NCBI RefSeq assembly: GCF_000027325.1
Contig: NC_000908.2
Span: forward strand, 300,001 to 332,000
DNA length: 32,000 bases
From: Mycoplasmoides genitalium G37
Lineage (GTDB): Bacteria > Bacillota_I > Bacilli_A > Mycoplasmatales > Mycoplasmoidaceae
Reading direction: 5' to 3'
A program made the position numbers and the translations under genes. How positions within the stretch are numbered: position 1 is the stretch's first letter; each line of letters starts with the position of its first letter. This document shows positions 10,511 through 19,207 of the stretch, piece after piece. The notes under the pieces are model-generated. The model had not been told where the DNA came from. It saw only the letters and a list, made by a program, of their open reading frames with translations, and did no database searches.

Positions 10511-12808
10511 ATGAAGCTCAAAGGTTTTTTAGCTGTTGGTGTTAGTGTTTTTGGTTTTTCTGGTTTACTGATGGCTTGTAGTGTTGTAAGTCAGTTTGAT
10601 CAAGTGGATGATGGCAAAATTAAGCTAGCATCTTCATTAACTTCGAAACGCGCAGCGGAAGCTTTAGAGACAGTAGTTAAAAAATATAACGATACTAAAG
10701 ATCCTGGTGATTATCCAATTGAAATAGTACAAATTGCTGGGGGTTATGATGGGGGTAAAAAGGATGTTCAAACCAAGGTTAGTACCAAAGATAAAAATAA
10801 CTTTTATAACCTGATTTTAAACTATCCAGAAATAGTAAGTACCTTATCAAGGTCTAAAATGGCTTTGAATTTTGATGGGGTTAATGTTGATAAACTCCAT
10901 CCTAACTTTTTAAGCTTTAACAGCAGAATAGGTGGAATTAGAGATGATGGAATCTATGCTATTCCAATATCTATGTCCACTGATCTGATGGTCATTAATG
11001 GCCCTGTTTTACACTATATTCTAAACAGTGCTAGAAAAGAAGGTACACCAACTAGCACTACTGTTCAAGCAACTGTCAGTTCAAGAAGTGCAGAAAAAAA
11101 AGGTACATTAGAAATTGCAAATGATAGTGAAACTACTAAACTTTGACAGAACATCCAAACCACTGCTCAAAACAACAGTAATGAAACAACTAAGGAGCAA
11201 AAACAAGTAAAAAGATCTAGTAGTTCTTCATCTACAACATCTACTACTGGTGAAACTAAAGATACTACAAAATCAGATAACAAGATTAAAGAGTTTTGGG
11301 GTGAATATCAAGAAGTGGATGGAGGGTTAAAGAATTTTACCTTTAAAGCAAGCATCTTTGAAAACTGAAATGAAACGTTAGATTTTGCTACTAGAATAGC
11401 AAACTCTTTTCCTGAAAAGGTTAAAAATATAACAAATAAAACTGGGCTTGATTTACAAGGTGTTTTAGGAGTTGATAGTAGTTCTAATGCACTTTATGCA
11501 GCAGTTTTTGCAGCTGGTCAAGCTAACTATGATAACTTCTTTTTTAACATCGATAAAAGAACTGGTTATGCAGATTACTCTAACTTTTTAAATAAAGATA
11601 GTTCATACCAAAATTTAGAGAGTGTTTACAATGACTTTTATAAATTAATCCAAGCTAATGGTTTGTTTGTTAACCGTGGTGGTTCCTATTCATCCAACTT
11701 TGAAAAATTTCACCAATTGGCATTCTCAGTATCTTCTTCTGGAGGATACAGTTATTACTTTGCTAAAGATAATGCTAAGCGCTTAAAGTTTAGTAATTAT
11801 GCTATTGAATATCCTAGTTTTACCCAAACAATTCAAGCTCCTAATTCTTCAGAAACAGAAAGTAATTTACTTGGTACTTTTAAATTAAGTGAAAAAGATA
11901 TCAATCTATATAAAGGTTCAATTCCTAGTGGAAAACAACAAGGAGTTGATGCTATCTTAATTAGTAACCCAAACTTAATTAATATTCTTGAACAAGCAAA
12001 ACAAAAAAACACTGCACAAGGAAGTGAATCAACCACTAACAAGATAATAGGTTATACCACCACTGCAAATGTTAATGTTGATAATCAAAACATCTTTTCT
12101 GTTAGCAAACTTAACAACGAACAGTTTCAAAGAAAAATCATTGTTAATGCCACTGAAGAAACACTTGATCAATCCCAAACCTTACAGAGCAATGAATCAA
12201 TTGTTTTACCAATGCCTGGTAAATACAAATCAACTGATAAAAATAAAGTAATGATCACCCAAGGTCCTAACTTAATAGGCATCCATGCAAATGAAAAAGA
12301 AAATATTGAAACTAAAAAATTTGTTAATTGGTTTTTAAATCAAAGTATTACAGATTGGAATAGTAATAATCAGCAAAAAAATAGTGATCAAACAACAAAA
12401 ACTGCTGCTGAATATTTCACTGATCAAGCTTCTTACATCCTTCCTTTAAAGGAAAAATTTAACAAAAGTTCAGATTTAGAATTGAAAGGCAGTAGTAGTT
12501 CTTCTAATTTAACAACCAGTAGTGCTAGCGCCTCTTTGTTAATAAGTAATAATAGTTCAACTGCAAGTTCTCCTGCTCCTAAAAAAACAAACAATAATTC
12601 TAATACCTTTACAGCTAAAGCACTAGAATTATTCCAACAAGCTGCTAACAATGAAATTATTCCCTTTAGTGATCCAAGTGACTTTAGGAACGGCACATTC
12701 CGTAATAATATAAGCAGTAGTTTTAATGCTGCGGTGAATTCTAAGGTTAGTTTTAATCAATTTGTCCAAAACTTTATTAATAGTTTAGGATCTGGATTTA
12801 GAAGATAA
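10511..12808 (+). CDS. Large surface lipoprotein, 765 aa (from memory the MG185/MG260 lipoprotein family)
   Basis: ATG 10511 is preceded by TAAGGG. Signal peptide plus lipobox [24 protein letters not shown], with Cys at 10577-10579. Track ORFs 10511-11146 and 11663-12808 are one frame joined through TGA 11144 and 11366. A Ser/Asn-rich tract lies near the C-terminus. TAGTAT -10-like hexamer at 10478-10483. Confidence 0.85.
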
Positions 12809-12812
12809 TTAG

Positions 12813-13249
12813 TTAACCTCCCCCAACCTCTATTTTCTGTTACTAGTGCCTAAGGTGGCATTAGAGTATCACAACCTGAATAACCAAGTAGTCAAAGAGA
12901 GTTTGGAAGTGGAAGCAACTGATTCTTTTGATCCCACCCAAGGGTTGCAAAAAGATAGTCCAGTGAAGGATTCAAGTAAACAAGGGGAGAAACTCCAAGA
13001 GACCATGTCATCAATGAGTGGTATGGCTACCTCTACAAGAGATAAAGCCCTCAAGATTGAGGTGGAAAGGGGGAGTCAAAGTGATTCACTTTTAAAAAAC
13101 GACTTTGCTAAAAAGCCACTGAAACATAAGAACAGTAGTGGGACAGAGGTGAAGTTGGATTCACAGAAGGATTTTCCCCAAGGAAAGGTTTGAAAACCGG
13201 TGTTGAAAACAGATGAGATAGAAAAAAATAGGGGGATGGGGGCGACTTA
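12813..13249 (+). other. MgPar segment 1: mgpB N-terminal variable-region copy (frame 0)
   Basis: The frame opens 4 nt after the lipoprotein TAA. It reads LNSPNLYFLLLVPKVALEYHNL...GSQSDSLLKNDFAKKPLKHKNSSG...NRGMGAT, then TAG at 13247-13249. Confidence 0.7.
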
Positions 13250-13822
13250 GACTTTCTCCCCTGAATCGGCAATGGTAAACCCTTCTCCAACTCCCCCTCC
13301 CCTTCAACTTCCGCTTCCTCAACCCCACTCCCCACTTTTTCTAACATTGGCGTAGGGGTTAAATCAATGATCACTCAACACTTAAATCAGCAAAACACCC
13401 GGTGGGTGTTTACACCTGGTAGTACACCAGACATTTGAACAGGAGCAGGTTATAGAAAAGCTAATAACAACAATAACGGCATCCCTTTTGAACAGGTGAA
13501 ACCTAGTAGTAGTAGCAACACGTTTAATCCCAATTCAGATGATAATAAAGTCACACCATCAGGTGGCTCCTCCAAACCAACCACCTACACCCATTTACCC
13601 AACAGTATCAGTCCCACCAGTGACTGGATCAACGCATTAACCTTCACCAATAAGAATAACCCCCAGCGCAATCAGTTGTTGTTAAGAGCGTTATTAGGAA
13701 CTATTCCGGTCTTGATCAATAAGAGTGGAACGGGAGATCAATTTAACAAGGATAGTGAGCAAAAATGAAACGAAACAGATAAATTAGGAGGCAACCTCCC
13801 GGGGTTTGGGGAGGTGAATGGT
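13247..13822 (+). other. MgPar segment 2: mgpB central variable-region copy (frame 2)
   Basis: Reads LDFLPWIGNGKPFSNSP...VKSMITQHLN..NTRWVF...IPFEQVKPS...[18 protein letters not shown]...[11 protein letters not shown]...NLPGFGEVNG. It is shifted out of frame relative to segment 1. Similarity stops at about 13822. Confidence 0.7.
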
Positions 13823-14146
13823 GCTTCTTATAAGATTTTTACTTATTTAATAATTAAAAAAAGTGTTAGGTTTTTTTAGTTTTTTATCTATTTAATATTT
13901 AAGAAATTCTCAAATTTTTCTTAGTTTTTTATTTGTTTAATAGTTAAAAAAAGCGTTATGTTTTATCTATTTTATTAGTTAAAAAAGTTTTGAATTTTTA
14001 TCTATTTTTAGTTAATAAAAGTCTTATGTTTTTATCAAATTTTTATCTGTTTTTTGGTTAAAAAAGTTTTAGATTTTCTTTCTTAAATTTATTTATTAAA
14101 TAGTTAATAAAAGTGTTAAGTTTTATCTATTTTTAATTAATAAAAC
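13823..14146. repeat. AT-rich spacer made of about 7-8 degenerate tandem copies of a 34-45 bp unit (core TTTTATCTATTT..TAGTTAAAAAAAGTGTTAxG)
   Basis: Copies start near 13843, 13875, 13921, 13961, 13995, 14041, 14074 and 14121. TTTTATCTAT/TTTTATCTGT recurs at 13876, 13961, 13996, 14041 and 14121, and GTTAA(A/T)AAAAG recurs at 13942, 13978, 14011, 14057 and 14103. Stops occur in all frames. Confidence 0.8.
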
Positions 14147-14866
14147 CTCGACCCCTCTTCCTATCAAATCGCTGACCAAACCATCCATAACACCAACCTG
14201 TTTGTGTTGTTCAAGTCTAGGGATGTGAAGCTTACATATAGTTCAAGTGGCTCAAATAACCAGATTAGTTTTGATTCAACTAGTCAAGGTGAAAAACCCT
14301 CCTATGTGGTCGAGTTTACTAATTCCACCAACATTGGCATCAAGTGAAGGGTAGTGAAAAAGTATCAGTTAGATGTACCGAATGTTACCAATGAGATGAA
14401 CGATGTACTGAAAGAATTGATCCTAGAACAACCCCTTACCAAGTATACCTTAAACAGTAGTTTGGCCAAAGAAAAGGGCAAAACCCAAAGGGAGGTGCAT
14501 CTGGGTAGTGGGCAAGCAACTAATTGACGATCGATGCGTAACTCCATTGGTCTGAATGACAATCCCAGCCCCAATGCTTCAACTGGGTTTAAATTAGACA
14601 AAGGCAATGCATATAGAAAACTAAGTGAATCCTGACCAATTTATCAACCAATTGATGGGACCAAGCAGGGCAAAGGGAAGGATAGTAATGGGTGGAGTTC
14701 AACTGAAGCAACAATGGCAGCAGGGGATGCGCCCCTAAGTACAGGAGGGAGATCATCAGATCAAAGTAATAAATTCACCAAGTACCTCAACACCAAGCAA
14801 GCATTGGAAAGGATCGGCATCTTGTTTGATGGGGATGGAATGAGGAATGTGGTTACCCAACTCTAC
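14144..14866 (+). other. MgPar segment 3a: mgpC (P110) variable-region copy
   Basis: Frame 2 opens right after TAA 14141-14143. It reads SSYQIADQTIHNTNLFVLFKSRDVKLTYSSSGSNNQISFDSTSQGEKPSYVVEFTNSTNIGIKW...KYLNTKQALERIGILFD...VTQLY. In-frame TGA at 14345, 14525 and 14633. Confidence 0.65.
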
Positions 14867-15100
14867 CAACCCAACAAGGTGAAAAGTGGTCAATATCAAC
14901 AAAATAACACCTACAACAGGTTAATTGAGCCTGACAATGCAACAAGTGCAGCGAGCAGCATGACCAGCTTGTTAAAGCTGTTGTCTAGTAAAAACATCAA
15001 ACAGAAGTTGGGGAAGGGGGGAACAGCAATGCAGGGAAATAATGGTGGAGGGGGTGTTAGTCAAACGATTAACACCATTACCACTACGGGAAATATTAGT
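14867..15100 (+). other. MgPar segment 3b: mgpB C-terminal variable-region copy, in frame with 3a
   Basis: Reads QPNKVKSGQYQQNNTYNRLIEPDNATSAASSMTSLLKLLSSKNIKQKLGKG...GGGGVSQTINTITTTGNIS. Confidence 0.65.
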
Positions 15101-15206
15101 GGCAATGGAACCATTCAAACGGCTTATCCGGTGAAAAAAGATGAAGCTTCAAATGTAGCGATCAATTCCTTGATTAACGCTACGCCCTTGAATAGTTATG
15201 GGGATT
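15101..15206 (+). other. MgPar segment 3c: second short mgpC-like copy, in frame with 3b
   Basis: Reads GNGTIQTAYPVKKDEASNVAINSLINATPLNSYGD. Similarity ends at about 15206, and the frame stops at TAA 15230-15232. Confidence 0.6.
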
Positions 15207-15263
15207 TAAATAATGCTAGTTTTTCTAAATAATTAAATTGTTAATAACAAAAAAATCTCTATT

Positions 15264-15289
15264 AAAAAAACCAACTTTAAAGTTGGTTT
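15264..15289 (-). terminator. Intrinsic terminator downstream of tRNA-Arg(UCG)
   Basis: AAACCAACT (15268-15276) pairs with AGTTGGTTT (15281-15289) around loop TTAA. On the minus strand the hairpin is followed by a 7-U run (plus-strand A run 15264-15270). Confidence 0.6.
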
Positions 15290-15300
15290 GAAATTCTAAA

Positions 15301-15377
15301 TGGCGCGCCCAATAGGACTTGAACCCATAACCTTCTGGTCCGAAGCCAGACACTCTATCCGATTGAGCTATGGGCGC
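15301..15377 (-). tRNA. tRNA-Arg (anticodon UCG)
   Basis: Minus-strand cloverleaf: acceptor GCGCCCA/TGGGCGC, D stem GCTC/GAGT, anticodon stem TCTGG/CCAGA with loop CTTCGGA, variable AGGTT, T arm ATGGG-TTCAAGT-CCTAT, discriminator G, encoded CCA. Confidence 0.9.
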
Positions 15378-15427
15378 ATATATTAATAAATTTTATTAAT
15401 ATAAGCAAGAACAATCTAATTCTTTAT

Positions 15428-15433
15428 TAGAAT
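15428..15433 (+). promoter_or_regulatory. Candidate -10 box (TAGAAT) for the small-ORF/dnaE transcription unit
   Basis: TTATTAGAAT lies 34 nt upstream of ATG 15467. It is the same TAGAAT hexamer seen upstream of the SRP RNA. No -35 element is discernible. Confidence 0.3.
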
Positions 15434-15466
15434 TTAAACGATTTCATCTAATAGTTCAAATCACAT

Positions 15467-15697
15467 ATGGCAAAAGATAAAAAAAATAAGGTTGATGGAA
15501 CAGAGCAATCAGTTGATCTATTTGAACGTACAAAACTTGAAGATACACAAGTTTTAAATGAAGTTGAACTTGATGATATTAAAAAGATAACAGAGCTTAG
15601 AAAAGAACTTGAACATACTTTTGAACCACAAACAAGAATGCAAATTAAGCGTGAAATTAAAGAAATAGAACGCAAAATGAAACGTTCTAGTCGCTAA
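15467..15697 (+). CDS. Small highly charged Lys/Glu-rich protein, 76 aa, hypothetical
   Basis: ATG 15467. The sequence MAKDKKNKVDGTEQSVDLFERTKLEDTQVLNEVELDDIKKITELRKELEHTFEPQTRMQIKREIKEIERKMKRSSR has no internal TGA. TAA 15695-15697 lies 3 nt before the dnaE ATG. Confidence 0.5.
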   Translation: MAKDKKNKVDGTEQSVDLFERTKLEDTQVLNEVELDDIKKITELRKELEHTFEPQTRMQIKREIKEIERKMKRSSR

Positions 15698-15700
15698 TTG

Positions 15701-18325
15701 ATGTTTGTTAATTTACATACAAATTCATACTATAACTTTCTCAATTCTGCCCTTTCTCCTAAAAAGCTAGTTAATCTAGCAATTAATGATCAGCAAAAAG
15801 CTGTTGCTATTACAGATCCTAATCTTTTTGGCGCTGTTGAATTTTTTATAACTTGTAAGCAAAATAATATTAAACCAATTATTGGTTTAAACTTAACTGT
15901 TGAATACCAAAAAAATGATGTTAAGTTATTACTAATTGCTAAATCAAATAAAGGCTTTCAAACGTTGAACAAAATAGCATTAATTCAACAAAAACTTGAA
16001 ATTAATTCTTTAGTTGATCAACTAACAGATATTGCAGTAATTATCTGTTCTTTAACAACATGAAAATCTACTTATAAGGATGTTTATCAAGCAAAAGGAA
16101 TTGAAATAAATCAAACCCCGATTGCCATTCTTGCAAATGCTGTTAACTGTGAAAAAACTAATAGCGATCAAGTAGTTTTAACAGTTTTGAAACAAATGAA
16201 ACAAAACCAAACGGGAAAAATAACTACATTTGATTGGGATCTTAAACAAAAATTAAATCAAATTTCAATTAATGAAAATTTAAAAGTAAAGAGTGAAATT
16301 CAACCTTTTTTAGATCAAAAAACTGCACAACAATTATTCAGTGAAACAGAACTTAATAATCTGAATGATCTAGTTAATAGATGTGAATTAGATTTGGAGC
16401 ACCTAAAAGCTGCTTCACTTTCTTTAACTGATAATGATGCAGCAGTTTTAGAAAGTTTGTGCCAAACCAATTTAAAACAGTTTTTAGATAAAAATCAAGA
16501 TCTAAATAAAAAAGCCTATCAGCTACGTTTAGAGAAGGAATTAAATGTTATCAATAAACTTAATTTTGCTAGCTATTTTTTAGTTGTCAATGATCTTGTT
16601 AATTATGCTTTTAAAAAGGACATCTTAATTGGTTCTGGTAGAGGTTCTGCAGTAGGATCATTAGTGGCTTTTTTATTAAACATTACCAAGATAGACCCAG
16701 TCCAACACCAGCTTATTTTCGAACGTTTTATCTCAACCCACCGTCAAGATCTACCTGATATTGATATTGATATCATGGAGAATAAAAGAGCAGAAATGAT
16801 AAATTATCTGTTTGAAAAATATGGCAAAGAAAACTGTGCACAAATTGTTACTTTTCAACGTTTTAAAACCCGTTCTGCTGTTAAAGAAGTTGCTAAATTA
16901 TTTAATGATTATGGCATTAGTGACATGATCCTAGGAGTGTTACCTAAAGATCAAACTATAACATTCACTGATCTTAAAGCTACTGAAGATAGTGCTTTAC
17001 AACTTTGTTTACAACAGTTTGGTTTAATTGTTGAATTAGCACTAGCAATAGTTGATTTTCCAAGACAATCAAGTATCCATGCTTCAGGCATAGTTATCGC
17101 TTCAAATTCTTTGATTAAAACCATTCCCTTGTTACAGCTTGACAATAATCACTTTTTAACTCAAGTTTCAATGGAATGGTTAAGTTTTTTTAATCTCAAT
17201 AAGTTTGATCTGCTTGGTTTAATTAACCTTACTATGATTAGCGATGTAATTACCCAAATTAAACCATCTAACCAGACCGTTAACCAGTTTTTAAATACCA
17301 TTTCTTGAACTGATCAAAACACCTTTATAAACTTAGTAAATGAAGATACACTAGGAATCTTTCAACTTGAATCGTTTGGCATGAAAAAATTACTGGTTCA
17401 GATTAAACCTAAAACCATTAATCAACTAGCAATTGTTCTAGCGCTTTACAGACCAGGTGCACAGGATAACATTAACCTTTTTATTAACCGCTTGCACAAT
17501 GGTTATGATCAATCTGACATTGATCCTAGGATTTTACCCATTGTGAAAAATACCTATGGAGTTTTAATTTTTCAAGAGCAGATCATTAACATCGTTAAAG
17601 TTGTGGCTAACTACTCTTTAGAAGAAGCAGATAGCTTCCGTAGAGCCATTTCTAAAAAGGATGTTAAATTGATCCAAAAAAATAAGCGTAACTTCTTTGA
17701 AAGAGCAGTTCAAAATAACTTTGATTTAAAGACTACTACCAAAATTTTTAGCTACATAGAACGCTTTGCTAACTATGGGTTTAACCTTTCTCATGCGTTG
17801 GGTTATGCACTGCTTTCATACTGAACAGCTTGACTTAAAACTAACTATCCTGTTTATTTTTATTTATGGTTATTAAACCATTTTCAATCTAGTAAAGACA
17901 AACAAAAACTAATTATTAGAACTTTAGAAAAAAGTGGTATTGAAATTTATCCACCTCTTTTAAATAAAGCTCAACCAAATAGTGTTATAGAAAATAAAAA
18001 AATTTATTTAGGTCTAAACCTAATTAAGGGAATTAATGACAGGTACATCCAAAACTTACAAAAAGTGCAACATTTAATTCAAACTCAAAATAACTTACAA
18101 CTAACTGATGTAGTAAGTTGGTGTTTGGATAAAACCATTGGTGATATCCCTTTAAAAGATTTACTTTTATTAAAAACTATGGGCTGTTTTGATTTTTTTG
18201 AATACACTTATGACTTTAATGATGCAAAGGATTTTTGAATTAAAAGCGATCACCTATTGTTTACCAGAATGCCTTTAGAAAAAAAGGATAGTAATTTTTG
18301 AATTAAACAATTTTTTACCAATTAG
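15701..18325 (+). CDS. dnaE: DNA polymerase III alpha subunit (DnaE type), 874 aa
   Basis: ATG 15701 gives MFVNLHTNSYYNFLNS (PHP domain start). Track pieces 15698-16063, 16187-17308 and 17381-17824 plus an untracked tail are one frame through TGA at 16061, 17306, 17822, 17831, 18236 and 18299. GSGRGSAVGSLVAFLL and PDIDID polymerase motifs are present. Stop is TAG 18323-18325. Confidence 0.93.
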
Positions 18326-18331
18326 TTGAAC

Positions 18332-19207
18332 ATGAAAAAAGCAATCCTGATTGATGGCAATTCCTTAGCATACCGTGCTTATTTTGCAACGTGAAAACAA
18401 GTTGAATATGCTAAGCAAAATAATTTACCTTTCAATAATGCAATAAGAACAATGTTACTAATGTGTTGGAATTTAATTAAAGCCAATGTTTATCAATATG
18501 GAATTGTAAGTTTTGACACTAAAGCGCCAACTTTCCGTGATCAAATCTATGAAGGATATAAACAAAAAAGGGTTAAAACTCCAGTTGAACTTTTAGTACA
18601 AATTCCTCTAATTAAACAAGCGCTTGTTTATTTAGGGTTTTTAGTTTGTGAAAAAGATGGCTTTGAAGCAGATGATTTGATTGGTAGTTATGCCAATTTA
18701 TTTACAAAGCAAGAAATAACAGTTGATATTTACAGTTCAGATCGAGATATGTTGCAATTAGTAAACGCCTTTACTAATGTGTTTCTCTGTATTAAAGGTA
18801 CAAAGGAGATGGTTATGTACAACAATGAAAATTTCAAATCACTTTTTTATGGTTTGGCGCCCTATCAAGTTGTTGAATATAAGGGGTTAGTTGGTGATAA
18901 CAGCGATAATTTAGCAGGGATTAAAGGGATAGGTCCCATCAAAGGGATAGAATTACTCCAACAATATGGAACCATTGATAACATCTACACTAACTTCAAT
19001 AATCTCCCCAACCAACTTCAAAAACTTTTAAATAACCAAAAGGAAATAGCTAAAACCTTTAGTTTTCTAGCTAAAATTAAAACTGATATTGAACTTGATC
19101 AAAACATAGATCTTACTGGTTTAAAACCAATCCAAAAACAAGCGTTAATTCAACTTCTAAGTGAAAACAAAATTAATACTTTAGTTGAAAAATTTTCAAA
19201 AATATAA
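18332..19207 (+). CDS. Stand-alone 5'-3' exonuclease (Pol I N-terminal domain / FEN-like), 291 aa
   Basis: ATG 18332 gives MKKAILIDGNSLAYRAYFATW, joined to track ORF 18452-19207 through TGA 18392. Motifs: GFEADDLIG, DRDMLQL, GDNSDNLAGIKGIGPIKG. No polymerase domain follows. Confidence 0.9.

Larger units (their letters stand above)
12813..15232. repeat. MgPa repeat (MgPar): promoterless mosaic of mgpB (P140/MgPa) and mgpC (P110) adhesin gene fragments
   Basis: Translations match my memory of MgPa and P110. Examples: [132 protein letters not shown]...INSLINATPLNSYGD. Long table-4 open frames have no start codon or RBS. The region is visibly more G+C-rich than the flanks. Confidence 0.85.

Noticed and set aside
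12480-12620. Ser/Asn-rich tract in the lipoprotein ([39 protein letters not shown]), considered as a possible variable repeat.
   Set aside because: The codons are mixed (AGT/TCT/AGC/GCT) and not a pure tandem repeat, so slippage-based phase variation is not supported from the sequence alone.
11833-12696. Antisense and off-frame ORFs within the lipoprotein gene (11833-12042 minus, 12069-12251 plus, 12433-12696 minus).
   Set aside because: They are embedded in the continuous 765-codon lipoprotein frame and have low-complexity translations.
13823-14146. Possible CRISPR array in the repeat-rich AT stretch.
   Set aside because: The repeats are degenerate and directly abutting, with no unique spacers of regular length. 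There is no palindromic repeat core and no cas genes. The context is an MgPar spacer.
12869-14607. Minus-strand ORFs inside the MgPar (12869-13054, 13108-13374, 14365-14607).
   Set aside because: They are antisense shadows of the G+C-richer adhesin-like frames. They have low-complexity or improbable composition and no start context.
15233-15466. Possible integrative element or att site next to tRNA-Arg(UCG), given the adjacent accessory DNA.
   Set aside because: There is no integrase, transposase, inverted terminal repeat or duplicated tRNA 3' end in the window. The MgPar is explained by homologous gene conversion rather than mobility.
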